A DNA stretch of 19,063 nucleotides from Ginkgo biloba. Its lineage: Eukaryota > Plantae > Ginkgophyta. A program made the translations under genes and the position numbers. Below the pieces are notes generated by a model, which worked only from the letters and a program-made list of their open reading frames with translations, did no database searches and had not been told where the DNA came from. Of this stretch, positions 1 through 10,132 are shown one piece after another (position 1 is the first letter of the stretch; each line of letters starts with the position of its first letter). The stretch covers positions 137,495,221 through 137,514,283 of the forward strand of contig JANKJI020000002.1 of assembly GCA_024626585.2 (NCBI GenBank), read 5' to 3'.

Positions 1-61
1 TGTATGAATACTTGTAGGTTTGATCAAAAGAGTTGAGTTACTTTTTCTTTCTAAATGCATG

Positions 62-600
62 CCATTAGACATAGATGTGGAGTGTGGATACAATATTGAG
101 AAAATAATATTAAATGAGTAAAATAGGAAAGCATAATGCATACAAGCATAAGGCCAACATATAGGAAGCATGAACAAAAGCATGCAACTATGATACTTCT
201 AAGGATCAATGAAATATTGTGAAAACAAATCATAGAAAACCACAGAGCAAGAATATATGAGACACAAAGACAAAGAAAATGCAATAAACCACTTACCTCA
301 CTTTTCCTTTCAAACATACCCCATTAGACCTAGATGTGGAGTGTGGATGCAACATTACAAATGAATGAAACTAGAAAAAAATGTTTAAGAAAGTAAAGTG
401 TGAAAGCACAAGGCCAATACATAAGAAAAATGAGCATATGCATGCAACTATGAAACTCATAAGAGACGATGAAAGATTATAAAGGCATATTACATGAAAA
501 ACTACAAAGGCAATGATGAAGCAAGAATGGGTGAGATACAAAGGCCAAAAAAGACAACAAATCATAACCAACAACTAATTGCATCAAAGTAAGGTTGGCT
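62..600. repeat. Two diverged tandem units, period about 260 bp
   Basis: CCATTAGAC(A/C)TAGATGTGGAGTGTGGAT at 62-89 and 321-348 (27/28 identical, offset 259). CATGCAACTATGA at 181 and 441 (offset 260). AAGGCCAA is present in both units. Confidence 0.85.
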
Positions 601-1757
601 TAGAAATTGAAAGAAATATGACATGAAGAATATATGAACCTAATATGTTTTGCTAAGTAGGGATAAAACCTTTATCCAAACATAAATGTCATTATCATCA
701 CCTCTTATACAGTTACTCTAAAGAGAGTCATTACTCAATAGAAATAATGACAACTTATAAGAAATAAGTTCATATCAATATTTTTTTTTTTACTCAGATG
801 AATATGAGGCAACATTAGTGAGTGGAGCGATGGAGGAAGGCGTGCAGACGGAGAAGGATCTTGGTGTTGGAGGTTCTTTGGTGGATAGTTTTGGGGAGGT
901 CCCTGTCAGGTTGTCAGTTTCTACTAAGGATAGAGGGGTCCCGCGTCCTTTTGACCCTAGCTCGCTCTCCTCGGTTAACATCTTAAAAGGCAAGCAAAAG
1001 CTTAACTACAGTTGTTTCAACCTTTTACCCTCAAACAATGAGCTGAAAGTGCTAGATTCCCTTNNNNNNNNNNNNNNNNNNNNNNNNNNNNNNNNNNNNN
1101 NNNNNNNNNNNNNNNNNNNNNNNNNNNNNNNNNNNNNNNNNNNNNNNNNNNNNNNNNNNNNNNCCCTAAAAGGATGTATTGGCATCAATGCTCTCATAAA
1201 AATAGAGACACATTGAAAGCTTATTGTAAAAAATAAGTAGGCAAAGCTAGAACATCCAAATCATATTCTTATAATATTCTTATAAACCCACAACAAGGTA
1301 AAATGGAAGAATGTTAAACCAAAAGAAAGCAATGAAAGCCATAACATCTAAGCTACTCTTGCCCAAAGACACCTGATAAAATGAATACTAAATAAAGAAT
1401 TTTAAATTGGCGAAATAAGACAAATTAATACTTGAACATCCTAAAATCCTTTGAAGTAATAAACTATAAGGGGAATTAAAACCATATTACAAAATATGGA
1501 GCCACAATGCTTTCCAGTCTTTTTCATAATAAATAGGAAACTATAGACCATTCCATAATACAACCACATTTCCAAGACAAGTGTAAGTTTGATATGCATC
1601 ATGTAACAAGAAAAAACTCTCTCCCGACAAACACTCTTCTTCTTGTTAATACAATGCACACAAGTAAGCATCCATTATAGGTAAGGAATTCTAGGGTGAT
1701 TGATAAATTTGTAGAACCTAGCATAAAGAAGTATAAATAATATCCTTAAGTTTCTTT
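347..1757. repeat. Copy 1 of a diverged direct duplication (partner 5169-6552), interrupted at about 781-1163
   Basis: Collinear shared blocks: ATGCAACATTACAA..GAAACTAGAAAAAAATGTT (347/5169), AGAGTCATTA..AATAGAAATAATGACAAC (~725/~5545), AAGTTTGATATGCATCATGTA (~1586/~6370), CAATGCACACAAGTAAG (~1652/~6448). A hand-aligned 96-nt block differed at about 17 sites. Confidence 0.9.
781..1063 (+). mobile_element. GC-richer insertion, possibly the 5-prime part of an L1 LINE ORF1; continues into an N gap
   Basis: Absent from the partner copy at ~5600. Starts with a T11 tract and keeps about 7 CpG against 1 in 1-780. The open frame ...MEEGVQTEKDLG...SSVNILKGKQKLNYSCFNLLPSNNELKVLDSL resembles the SW..IL/F.G...L.Y segment that precedes DUF4283 in plant L1 ORF1. 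Family call is pattern recognition only. Confidence 0.4.
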
Positions 1758-2790
1758 TTGGAAGTATATTTTTGTACAATATTTGTATAATACCTTAGAG
1801 GATTGCTTACTACCCATTATGGGACTAAATATTTGTTTACGTTGTTAATTGATTCAATAAGATGATGATTCTTATAAATTGAAAAAATACCATTACTTCA
1901 TAAGAAACATCTATATTTTCCTCTATTTATGGTTAGGCTCATTTTTTAACCATCTTCTATTATTTTTAATAAGGACAAATGGTTTTGTTAGTTGCTTTCG
2001 ACATATAATTTGGGGCATGATGGATGTTAAAAAGGTCAGCGATCTTCCATCCTCAAAGCAAAGACTAGACTCGGTTATTGAATAGAAGTTGGGTTCATGA
2101 TTTACAAATTTAAAATCATAAGAACAATAATACATGGGACTAGAGGCTTCCTTCTATCAACCATGTGTACAAAAGGGCCTTTCATAACTCCATTGGAGTC
2201 TCACCATTCAAAATATGTTTGAATATTCTCTTATTGGTTTGAGTATATTAATCATAAGCTTATAGTTCTTCCACTTCTTCTTCTTTTCTAATAAAAAGCA
2301 CATGAAACTAGGAAACTCTGTACGACATATTTTGAATGCTCATTAGTAAGTGTAAAATACCTTAGCAAAGGCTCAAGCAAAGTAAAAAGAGAAGAATGAA
2401 AAGAATATATTTTAACATTTATTCCCAATGGTAGACAAAATATGGCTTCGTCTTCTAAATAAGAGGTTTAAGGAGATGCATAAGAAGATAGAGTTAAATT
2501 AGTGTTTGTATCAATTTATTTTTAAATAAATGGGTTCTAATGCTTTCCACTTGAATTTAACAAATTATATGTCATTTCATACAGTAATTAATATTAAGAA
2601 GCTTAAGCTTTATGACATATAATTAAAGGATGAATATGAGAAGGATCATCTACCAAGACAACCAAAAAGTATTTAACTCAAATTTCAAGAGCCATTAGTG
2701 GAGGATAATATTTTTTAATGACACATTAAGTAAAAAATTAAACTAGTGCAAATTCTTAAGTTAATTCCCCAAACATTCTATATTTCTCTT
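1758..2790 (+). mobile_element. Decayed Ty3/gypsy integrase (core and C-terminal part), CRM-like chromovirus
   Basis: Hand translation across stops and frameshifts: RGLLTTHYG..FNKMMILIN*KNTITS..PSSIIFNKD..IWGMMDVK..RSAIFHPQSKD*TRLLNRSWVHDLQI*NHKNNNTWD*RLPSINHVYKRAFHNSIGVSPFKIC..TLAKAQAK..VDKIWLRL..MGSNAFHLNLTNYMSFHTVINIKKLKLYD..QEPLVEDNIF. These match the gypsy integrase motifs GLP, FSKM, SDRD, HPQTDGQTE, YN..H.S.G.SPF and NAY.L.LP in order. Confidence 0.9.
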
Positions 2791-3064
2791 TAGAAATGGC
2801 CTACAAAATATATCTATGGTAATATACTCTTTATTTGTTGGATAAAAGGGTAATATCCATATTAAGCTAAGTATATTTTAGCATACAAGTGCACAAGAAC
2901 TTTCCTTAACTATGAACCCAAGTAATGGAGGCCATTACTTCCAAAAGAATTTTATTGGGGTATANNNNNNNNNNNNNNNNNNNNNNNNNNNNNNNNNNNN
3001 NNNNNNNNNNNNNNNNNNNNNNNNNNNNNNNNNNNNNNNNNNNNNNNNNNNNNNNNNNNNNNNN

Positions 3065-3312
3065 TTAACCAACCAAATAACTCATCTCAGTGATGTTTTT
3101 TTTTAAATTTGTTTCATTAGTGGTCTCAAGGAGGAAATTCATGCTGAGGTCCAAATGTTCAAACCTACCAGCATGATGCAGGTTGTCGGTTTAGCAAGGT
3201 TAGCAAAGGATAAAATTCTTGCTTCGTAATGACCTTTCAAAAATTTGCCAGCCTGACCAAATCACATGGTACAACCATCACCTAACCCAAGCATTGAACT
3301 TCCTCTAGTTTA
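3065..3312 (+). mobile_element. Ty3/gypsy gag fragment (chromovirus type), pseudogenised
   Basis: One frame reads LTNQITHLSDVFF*ICFISGLKEEIHAEVQMFKPTSMMQVVGLARLAKDKILAS**PFKNLPA*PNHMVQPSPNPS. CFISGLK.EI..EV....P......GLA.L is the typical motif just after the retrotransposon gag domain in plant gypsy elements. Confidence 0.9.
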
Positions 3313-5168
3313 AATTTCATTGTAAGTAAAGAAGTTGGGAAAAAATTCGTAACTTCATCACTCATTCACCTCCATATATTGACATCTTTCCTCTTGTGTG
3401 CTTGTTTATATGTGGCAGTTTTGTCTAGTTTTTAGTGGGTAGATTCCTAAACTTAATTTTAGGCATGTTATTAACTAATCAAGCTATATTTAACAAGATA
3501 TAAGAACAAATCACTAATGTGTAGGAAGCAATATATTTAACTTTAAATATAATTTTCTCATAGCATAATCTTGGCATATTTTTTAAAATTGATGAAATAA
3601 GTTCTCAATAATTATAGAAATAAGTTTTCCTTTTTCCTCTTATTCTATTGCATAAAAGGACTGTGTAAATGTAATTTATTAACCTTCAAATGAAGGGTTC
3701 TATATATAATTCAATAGGATAAATATTCTTATATACATGTGAATTCTCATAGATGAATCAATTCTTGATTGATTTTAATTTATCCCCAGTATTTATGTCC
3801 ATGTGATATCCATATCCTAAGCTTTAAGAATTTATTTTAATTATATCTAAGTCTTGAGCTCACCTTCTATCTTGTATCTCATCAATAACATAATACATTA
3901 TATAAGGATGTGGCTCTTGTGCCCTTAAATGGATCCTAAGTGCCAAGCTCTTCTATAGTGATTTTTGGAGTCCAAGTTTTATTGTCCTAGTTTCGGAGTC
4001 CTGGTTTGTATCCCAGTTTCTGTTTGTGTTTGGAGNNNNNNNNNNAAATGATTGACTTGTAAGCAGCATACCCAAAGATTGAATTAAAGTCACTACTTAG
4101 TCTCTTGTAGTCAAATAAATTTGTCAAAAATTTCTCTTGATTATGTGTCATAGATGTCATGCAAATCCAAAATATTTACACTAGTTTGGTCCTCAGTTTT
4201 GGGCACCCTCACCACTATTTTACATTTAAAATATGGTTATCATTACGTTGGAAAGATAGGAGTACATTGAAGGATACAAAATAAGAAAAGAAGTGTAGCC
4301 CCATGTATTATTGTCAAGTAATCAAGATGTTACATTACAACTACAAGTACAAATAATATAAATTTAGTAAATATGCAATATCACATACTATCTAGAATTC
4401 AATTAAGTATGGTTTAGGCTATGAAATTATATTTTATATTCTACCATTTACATTTTTCTCTTTCCTCTAATTTTTCTTGTCTATTTTGAGACCAAAATTC
4501 TTTTTGTTTGAATGCTTGAAAGTTTGATCAAAGGAGATGACACTCTCTTCTTCCTAATATAGTAGTGAAAATCTCAAGGGTTGAATTAAATTTTATAAGT
4601 ATGATTAATTGGTGAATATTTTTAACATATAGAATAAGTAACACTTACACTATAGGCAAATTTTCTAGAAAAAAAATGTTTTACTAGTAATTTAGATTAA
4701 ATTTAGCAAATAGACTTTGATTTTTCATTAAAATTGAAAAAACCTGACATATATTTTAGAGGAATTTTGCTTTTTAGCGAATCATATTTTTNNNNNNNNN
4801 NNNNNNNNNNNNNNNNNNNNNNNNNNNNNNNNNNNNNNNNNNNNNNNNNNNNNNNNNNNNNNNNNNNNNNNNNNNNNNNNNNNNNNNNNNNNNNNNNNNN
4901 NNNNNNNNNNNNNNNNNNNNNNNNNNNNNNNNNNNNNNNNNNNNNNNNNNNNNNNNNNNNNNNNNNNNNNNNNNNNNNNNNNNNNNNNNNNNNNNNNNNN
5001 NNNNNNNNNNNNNNNNNNNNNNNNNNNNNNNNNNNNNNNNNNNNNNNNNNNNNNNNNNNNNNNNNNNNNNNNNNNNNNNNNNNNNNNNNNNNNNNNNNNN
5101 NNNNNNNNNNNNNNNNNNNNNNNNNNNNNNNNNNNNNNNNNNNNNNNNNNNNNNNNNNNNNNNNNNNN

Positions 5169-6552
5169 ATGCAACATTACAAAAACAAATGAAACTAGAA
5201 AAAAAATGTTAAGCAAGTGAAGTGTAGAAGTACAAGTCATATAAATACAAGGCCAACACATTAGAATAATGATCATAATCATGCAATTGTAATACTCATA
5301 AGGGATAATGAAAGCTCATAAAGGCATCTTACATGGAAAACTACAAAGCCAATGATGAAGTAAGAATGGATAAGATACAGAGAATAAAAATGCAACAAAC
5401 CACAACTAGTAATTAATTGCATATAAGTGANNNNNNNNNNNNNNNNNNNNNNNNNNNNNNNNNNNNNNNNNNNNNNNNNNNNNNNNNNNNNNNNNNNNNN
5501 NNNNNNNNNNNNNNNNNNNNNNNNNNNNNNNNNNNNNNNNGATAGAGTCATTATGGAATAGAAATAATGACAACATATATGAAATAATCTCATATCAAAA
5601 CTATATACAGGTTCAGTTAAAAAACCATCCATTTGAACAATCATTATCCATTCTAAGTTGCTCACAAAATGCCCAAAGATGTTTTGTAAACATTTGAATA
5701 CTTGGATGCAAAAGTCACCAAACAAAATGTATACTAGAGGGAAGCAAATAAAAGATAACCATAAGGTATGACAATATACTAAAAAAATATGAATACTTAG
5801 GGCAAATAGTAATTCTTGAACACATAGAGGGAAGTGGAAAAAAGGCAACCACAAGGTTTGTTATAACATAATCATAAGATGAAAATGCCTAAAATAAATA
5901 GTAATGTCAAGTAAGCCTAAGCCATAACAAGAGTGAATTCAATAAGCAAGCATAAGTTGCATGTAAAAATTGAGGGATGTACTAAAAGATTGCTATAAAA
6001 AATAAGTAGGAAAAAGTCAACTTCCATGTCATATACTAATAGACCTAAAAAAAGAGTGAAATATAAGAATGACAAACTAATAAAAAACAAGGATCCATAT
6101 GGATAGAGTAGACAATCATTTGAAAAGAAGGAAACTAGAGCCATAACATCCAATCCATTTTTACCTAGAGAGACCTATGATCACAACAAAATAAAAGAAT
6201 GGAAATTGGAATAAAAGATAAGTTATTACAAATTAATAATTGAGCATCTTGATCCTTTTGAAGTAAGAAATTGTGAAGGTAATTAGAACCACCTTGCAAA
6301 ATATTAAGCCATAATGTTTGCCAATTATAGAGCATGACATCAGATGGATGCATTTCTAGGATTCATATAAGTTTGATATGCATCATGTATTGATCAACAA
6401 CTCTCTGCCAACAAACACTCTAACCACACCATTTCTTCTTGTTAGTGCAATGCACACAAGTAAGAATCCATTGAAGGGTAGTAATTTTAGGGTGACTAAC
6501 AAAAGTGTAGATCCTAGTATAAAGAAGTCCAAACAAGGTCCTTGATTTTCTT
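5169..6552. repeat. Copy 2 of the diverged direct duplication (partner 347-1757)
   Basis: Same collinear blocks as copy 1. It keeps the segment ~5600-5970 that is replaced by the insertion and gap in copy 1. The left edge is hidden in the gap 4792-5168. Confidence 0.9.
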
Positions 6553-7000
6553 CCAATCGTGCTAAATTGAACTAAAGTTAAGCCCTCAAAACATGGATAT
6601 ACAAAAGAATGTAATGACACCTAACAAAGAAAAATTGCAATAAAAATAAACTAAAGGATGGGGATGGTGACCAAAGACCACTCCAAAAATAAATATTATT
6701 TTATATGCCATGTGATAATAGATGATAAGCAAATGGGCTTTGTTGTATAGCTTCTTAAGTGTCCTTTTTAGTTTGATAATAGGTATGTTAGGCAACCATC
6801 TAATCATTGACATACAACTCAAAGCAATGCCATATTATTAAGTGTGATTTTGTGACATACCTTCTTAACAATTGAATTTGAGAGGTGGTGAGATCATCTT
6901 TAGTAAATAATATACCCTCTCCTTCTTGTTGAAGAATGCCTCCACAACCCTTCAAATGAAAATCCTTAATCTTTCTCCAGAGGGTTAAAACTCGCATGTA
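6240..7000 (-). pseudogene. Possible decayed spliced gene of unknown family (two exon remnants around a 240-nt GT-AG intron)
   Basis: Minus-strand donor AAG|GTATGT at 6861/6860 and acceptor TTGCAATTTTTCTTTGTTAG|G at 6621/6620. The frame from 6620 runs more than 120 codons with only 2 stops (VSLHSFVYPCFEG..LLYTRIYTFVSHPKITTLQWILTCVHCTNKKKWCG*SVCWQRVVDQYMMHIKLI*ILEM..). No domain recognised. Confidence 0.3.
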
Positions 7001-7583
7001 TAGAAAAGAAAACAAGCCTACCACTAGTATCTATTCCTAATATATGACAAAATAACAAAATATGGTATATGTAAATAAAATAAAGATGCACAAGGGTATG
7101 ACGCAAAATGACCAAATTCCAATAATGGTTACCTTCAAAAGAGAATTTCACTATGAAAGCTTGATGATGGAATGTTTCTCCATGCATGCTAGCCTTCTTT
7201 TCCAAATTTAAGTCCTCAACAAAGAATCAGGCTTAGAAGGAATGGAAAGACTTAAGGGAGAGAGTAAATTTCATATCAAAGCCATGTAAGAATCTTTCAA
7301 GATAGAAAGTCAAGTATAGTCATGGTGCAAAAATGGCTAAGAAGTAAGATTATGGATCCATCAAGACATGAGCCTTCTCTAAACTATAAGCCATAAGNNN
7401 NNNNNNNNNNNNNNNNNNNNNNNNNNNNNNNNNNNNNNNNNNNNNNNNNNNNNNNNNNNNNNNNNNNNNNNNNNNNNNNNNNNNNNNNNNNNNNNNNNNN
7501 NNNNATGTAGGGTGATGGATGACTTATGCAAGTCACCTATTATTAAGTGGACCGACAACCTATGATATGAGAAGTGAATAAAG

Positions 7584-7878
7584 GCATTTGAGGTTGAAAT
7601 TGTTGTGGCCATGGATCTCCTGCATGTTTGGAGACCACCTTAGCATCAAATTTGAAGAAGGAATGGGAATAAAAAAATGGGTGACTAGTGACCAGAGAAT
7701 AAGGGTATGAAACCCTAGGTGTATTTGTAGATGAAGGCCATTTTGAAGAAACCATGGNNNNNNNNNNNNNAAAATAAAGGAAGACTTACAGAGGTGTTTG
7801 AGGTTAAATGGCTTGAGATGAGAATACAACTTTACCATCATGTTTGGATACCACCTCAGTGTTGGATTTGAAAGAATG
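7584..7878. repeat. Diverged local direct repeat (two partial units about 210 bp apart)
   Basis: TTTGAGGTT....CATGTTTGGA(G/T)ACCACCT(T/C)AG....ATTTGAA occurs at about 7587-7656 and about 7797-7872. Confidence 0.65.
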
Positions 7879-8858
7879 TGTAAGCACATTGATACTAAGT
7901 AGCAAACAAAGATTAATGGGCAACTATAAAGCATGTTAAAAAAACTTTAAAACCTTAGCCCAAATTTGAAAAAAAACCATAAAAATCAATATAGATTCAT
8001 TCCTGTGTGGTGAAAGTTGTCATGGAATAAAATAGGCCTCATAAGTCATGGGGATGAAGTACAGAGGAAAAATGGGCCATATAAGGATGTAGTGATAGAT
8101 GCACTGGTTGCGCAGGCCATTAGGAGTAGTAGAACCCTCATGGGATGTGAAGAAACCTTAGTGGATGAGAGCACAATGTTGCAGAGCCACATGGAGAAAG
8201 AATAAAGACTGGAACAACTGTAGAAGTTACGCCTAAGCTAGATATAAAGAGAGGGTCAAGAAGTAGTCCTAAGCGATTAAGCACAACCAATTTAAATAAG
8301 TGCGTTGTAGAGTAGTAGCCATAGTGTTCACGAGGTGAAAATATTTTTTTTTCAAAAGTTTTAAGGTTTCAAATGTTTAAGAGAAATTTAACTTTATTCA
8401 AAACCCACATTAAATTTGCCTCTCATGATAAACCTATGGTCACATGATGTAAAAGGTGCTAAATGAGTTTTAATAGCCTAAGAACGTGTAATGAACAAGA
8501 AAGCCTAGTTATATGGACTGATTAAAACCCCCTCAATGTTTTTATATAATATTAATTTACAGAGGGTGTTAGAATAAATCAATATTGTCAAATGAGGCTA
8601 AAATGAATGGTCACTTAGAAGATGAGTTGAAGAGTCATGGAATACAAAGTGAAAGGTCACTGTGAGGTTTAAATGTAAATCTAAATATTGGAATGTAAAG
8701 AACTGCTCCTAGATTGAGTCAGTTCTAAGTACTAGTTTGCAGATTTATAAGCTAGTACCTCATTTAATAAAGTAGTTCATTTTATATGTGACTCTACTAT
8801 TATTTGTGCATTGAATGTTTATATTTATGTGATTTATGAAATTTATCATTATTTTATG

Positions 8859-9035
8859 TTTCCATTTTCCATTCCATTCTTTTGTTTTCATTCTGCTCTT
8901 CCATTGTGTTCCATTTGTTCATTGGCATTTTGATTATGCTTTGTTCTTTCCTTATCGTTTCGTTCATGTTCTAATCTTTTGTTCTATTCTGTTTCATTCT
9001 TCTGCTCCTGTTCCATTTTGTTATTCTATTCCATT
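8859..9035. repeat. Degenerate pentamer array (TTCCA/TTCTG/TTCTA)n
   Basis: Runs such as TTCCATTTTCCATTCCATTC, GTTCTATTCTGTTTCATTC and GTTCCATTTTGTTATTCTATTCCATT, with 5-nt periodicity. Confidence 0.7.
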
Positions 9036-9045
9036 TGGTCGATTG

Positions 9046-9780
9046 AACAACCAAACTTTTTTAGTCTATATTTATAGACAATATAGATAGATGAGGATAT
9101 AATTTAACCCTTTTTCTCATATTGTTGTTAATATTAATGAAAGTTATTTTACTCTATCTTTATAATCTCTATCTTTTTCTATATATAGTTTTTTTTATTA
9201 ATAAGGGTATAATTTGACTCTTTTCTTATTTATTTAATATAGATATTATGATTTAACTTTTTTCTTTTTAATATGATAATTTTTTTTTTCATATTCTCAC
9301 ATTAATTAGAGGGTGGTACAATACAAATATTATGATTTGACCCTTTTCTTTTTNNNNNNNNNNNNNNNNTATGATAAAGATATTTTATATATTAATAGAG
9401 GTGAGTCTCATATTAATTAGAGGGTGGTTAGTTAAACAACCAAACTTTTGTAGTTTATAGTTATAGATAGATAGATAATTTAACCATTTTTATCATTAAT
9501 AATTGTTATTAATATTAATGAAGATTATTTTACTCTCTCTCTTTCTATATATAATTTTTTTATTAATGGAAGTATGATTTGACTCCTTTCTCATTTTTTN
9601 NNNNNNNNNNNNNNNNNNNNNNNNNNNNNNNNNNNNNNNNNNNNNNNNNNNNNNNNNNNNNNNNNNNNNNNNNNNNNNNNNNNNNNNNNNNNNNNNNNNN
9701 NNNNNNNNNNNTTTTTTATATGATAAAGTTATTTTTCATATTAATAGAGGCAAGTCTCATATTGATTAGGAGTGGTCGTA
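9046..9780. repeat. AT-rich tandem duplication, period about 390 bp, with an internal repeated motif
   Basis: AACAACCAAACTTTT at 9046 and 9435, each followed by collinear TTAATATTAATGAA..TTATTTTACTCT..CTATATATA..TTTGACTC. ATTAATTAGAGGGTGGT at 9301 and 9412, with variants at 9761 and 9968. Confidence 0.8.
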
Positions 9781-10077
9781 TCTATCTATCTATATAGTTT
9801 TACAATTAACTTTGTCATTTATTTTCTTAGTGTATTTTATAATTTTGCATGTATTTAATATAGATATGCATAGATGATTTAATTAATTTTAATTAATATG
9901 TTATTATGAGACATTAAATATGATTGAATATTTCACTTCTTTTGATAATTTTGTATATTACTCTCTCATTAATTAGGGGTCATCGGTTGGACATGCCTAT
10001 TTTTTTTAGCATTCATCTTTTTCATTACTAAGTGGCACGCGTAGGGGGGGGTTGGGGGTGCATGCTAATTTTCTTAG
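9781..10077 (+). mobile_element. Candidate non-autonomous Helitron (may start further upstream)
   Basis: A|TCTATCTATCTATATAG at 9780/9781. Imperfect stem GCACGCG (10035-10041) / TGCATGC (10059-10065), whose two mismatches are CpG transitions. Ends CTTAG|T at 10077/10078. The loop is atypically long and the end is not an exact CTRR. Confidence 0.3.
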
Positions 10078-10090
10078 TATTAGAGTACAC

Positions 10091-10132
10091 ACACATCATA
10101 TATCGGTTATAACACATCATATATCGGTTATA
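10091..10132. repeat. Perfect 21-bp tandem duplication
   Basis: ACACATCATATATCGGTTATA at 10091-10111 and 10112-10132. Confidence 0.95.

Noticed and set aside
62-600. Recurrent 28-bp core as a CRISPR-like repeat
   Set aside because: Only two copies, the intervening DNA is itself homologous and about 230 bp long, there are no cas genes, and the context is eukaryotic.
3320-4790. Possible transposase or other coding remnants
   Set aside because: I could not recover ordered family motifs by hand, so the region is left unannotated. A frameshift-aware BLASTX would be needed.
4734-5854. Long ORFs in the track spanning N runs (also 2912-3106, 7379-7612, 9579-9797, 12866-13078, 15302-15796, 17257-17601)
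   Set aside because: Their length comes from assembly gaps translated as X, so they are not evidence of coding.
6290-6330. Minus-strand IGKHYGLIFCK (TGKHCGSIFCN in copy 1) resembling a nuclear-receptor C4 zinc finger
   Set aside because: The flanking CxxC pairs are missing and plants lack nuclear receptors; a chance match.
347-6552. The duplicated blocks as the two LTRs of one retrotransposon
   Set aside because: No TG..CA termini, PBS or PPT at the visible edges. The internal order is integrase then gag, and the integrase abuts copy 1 directly.
8836-9090. 84-aa Phe/His-rich ORF
   Set aside because: A by-product of the stop-poor TTCCA-type pentamer array.
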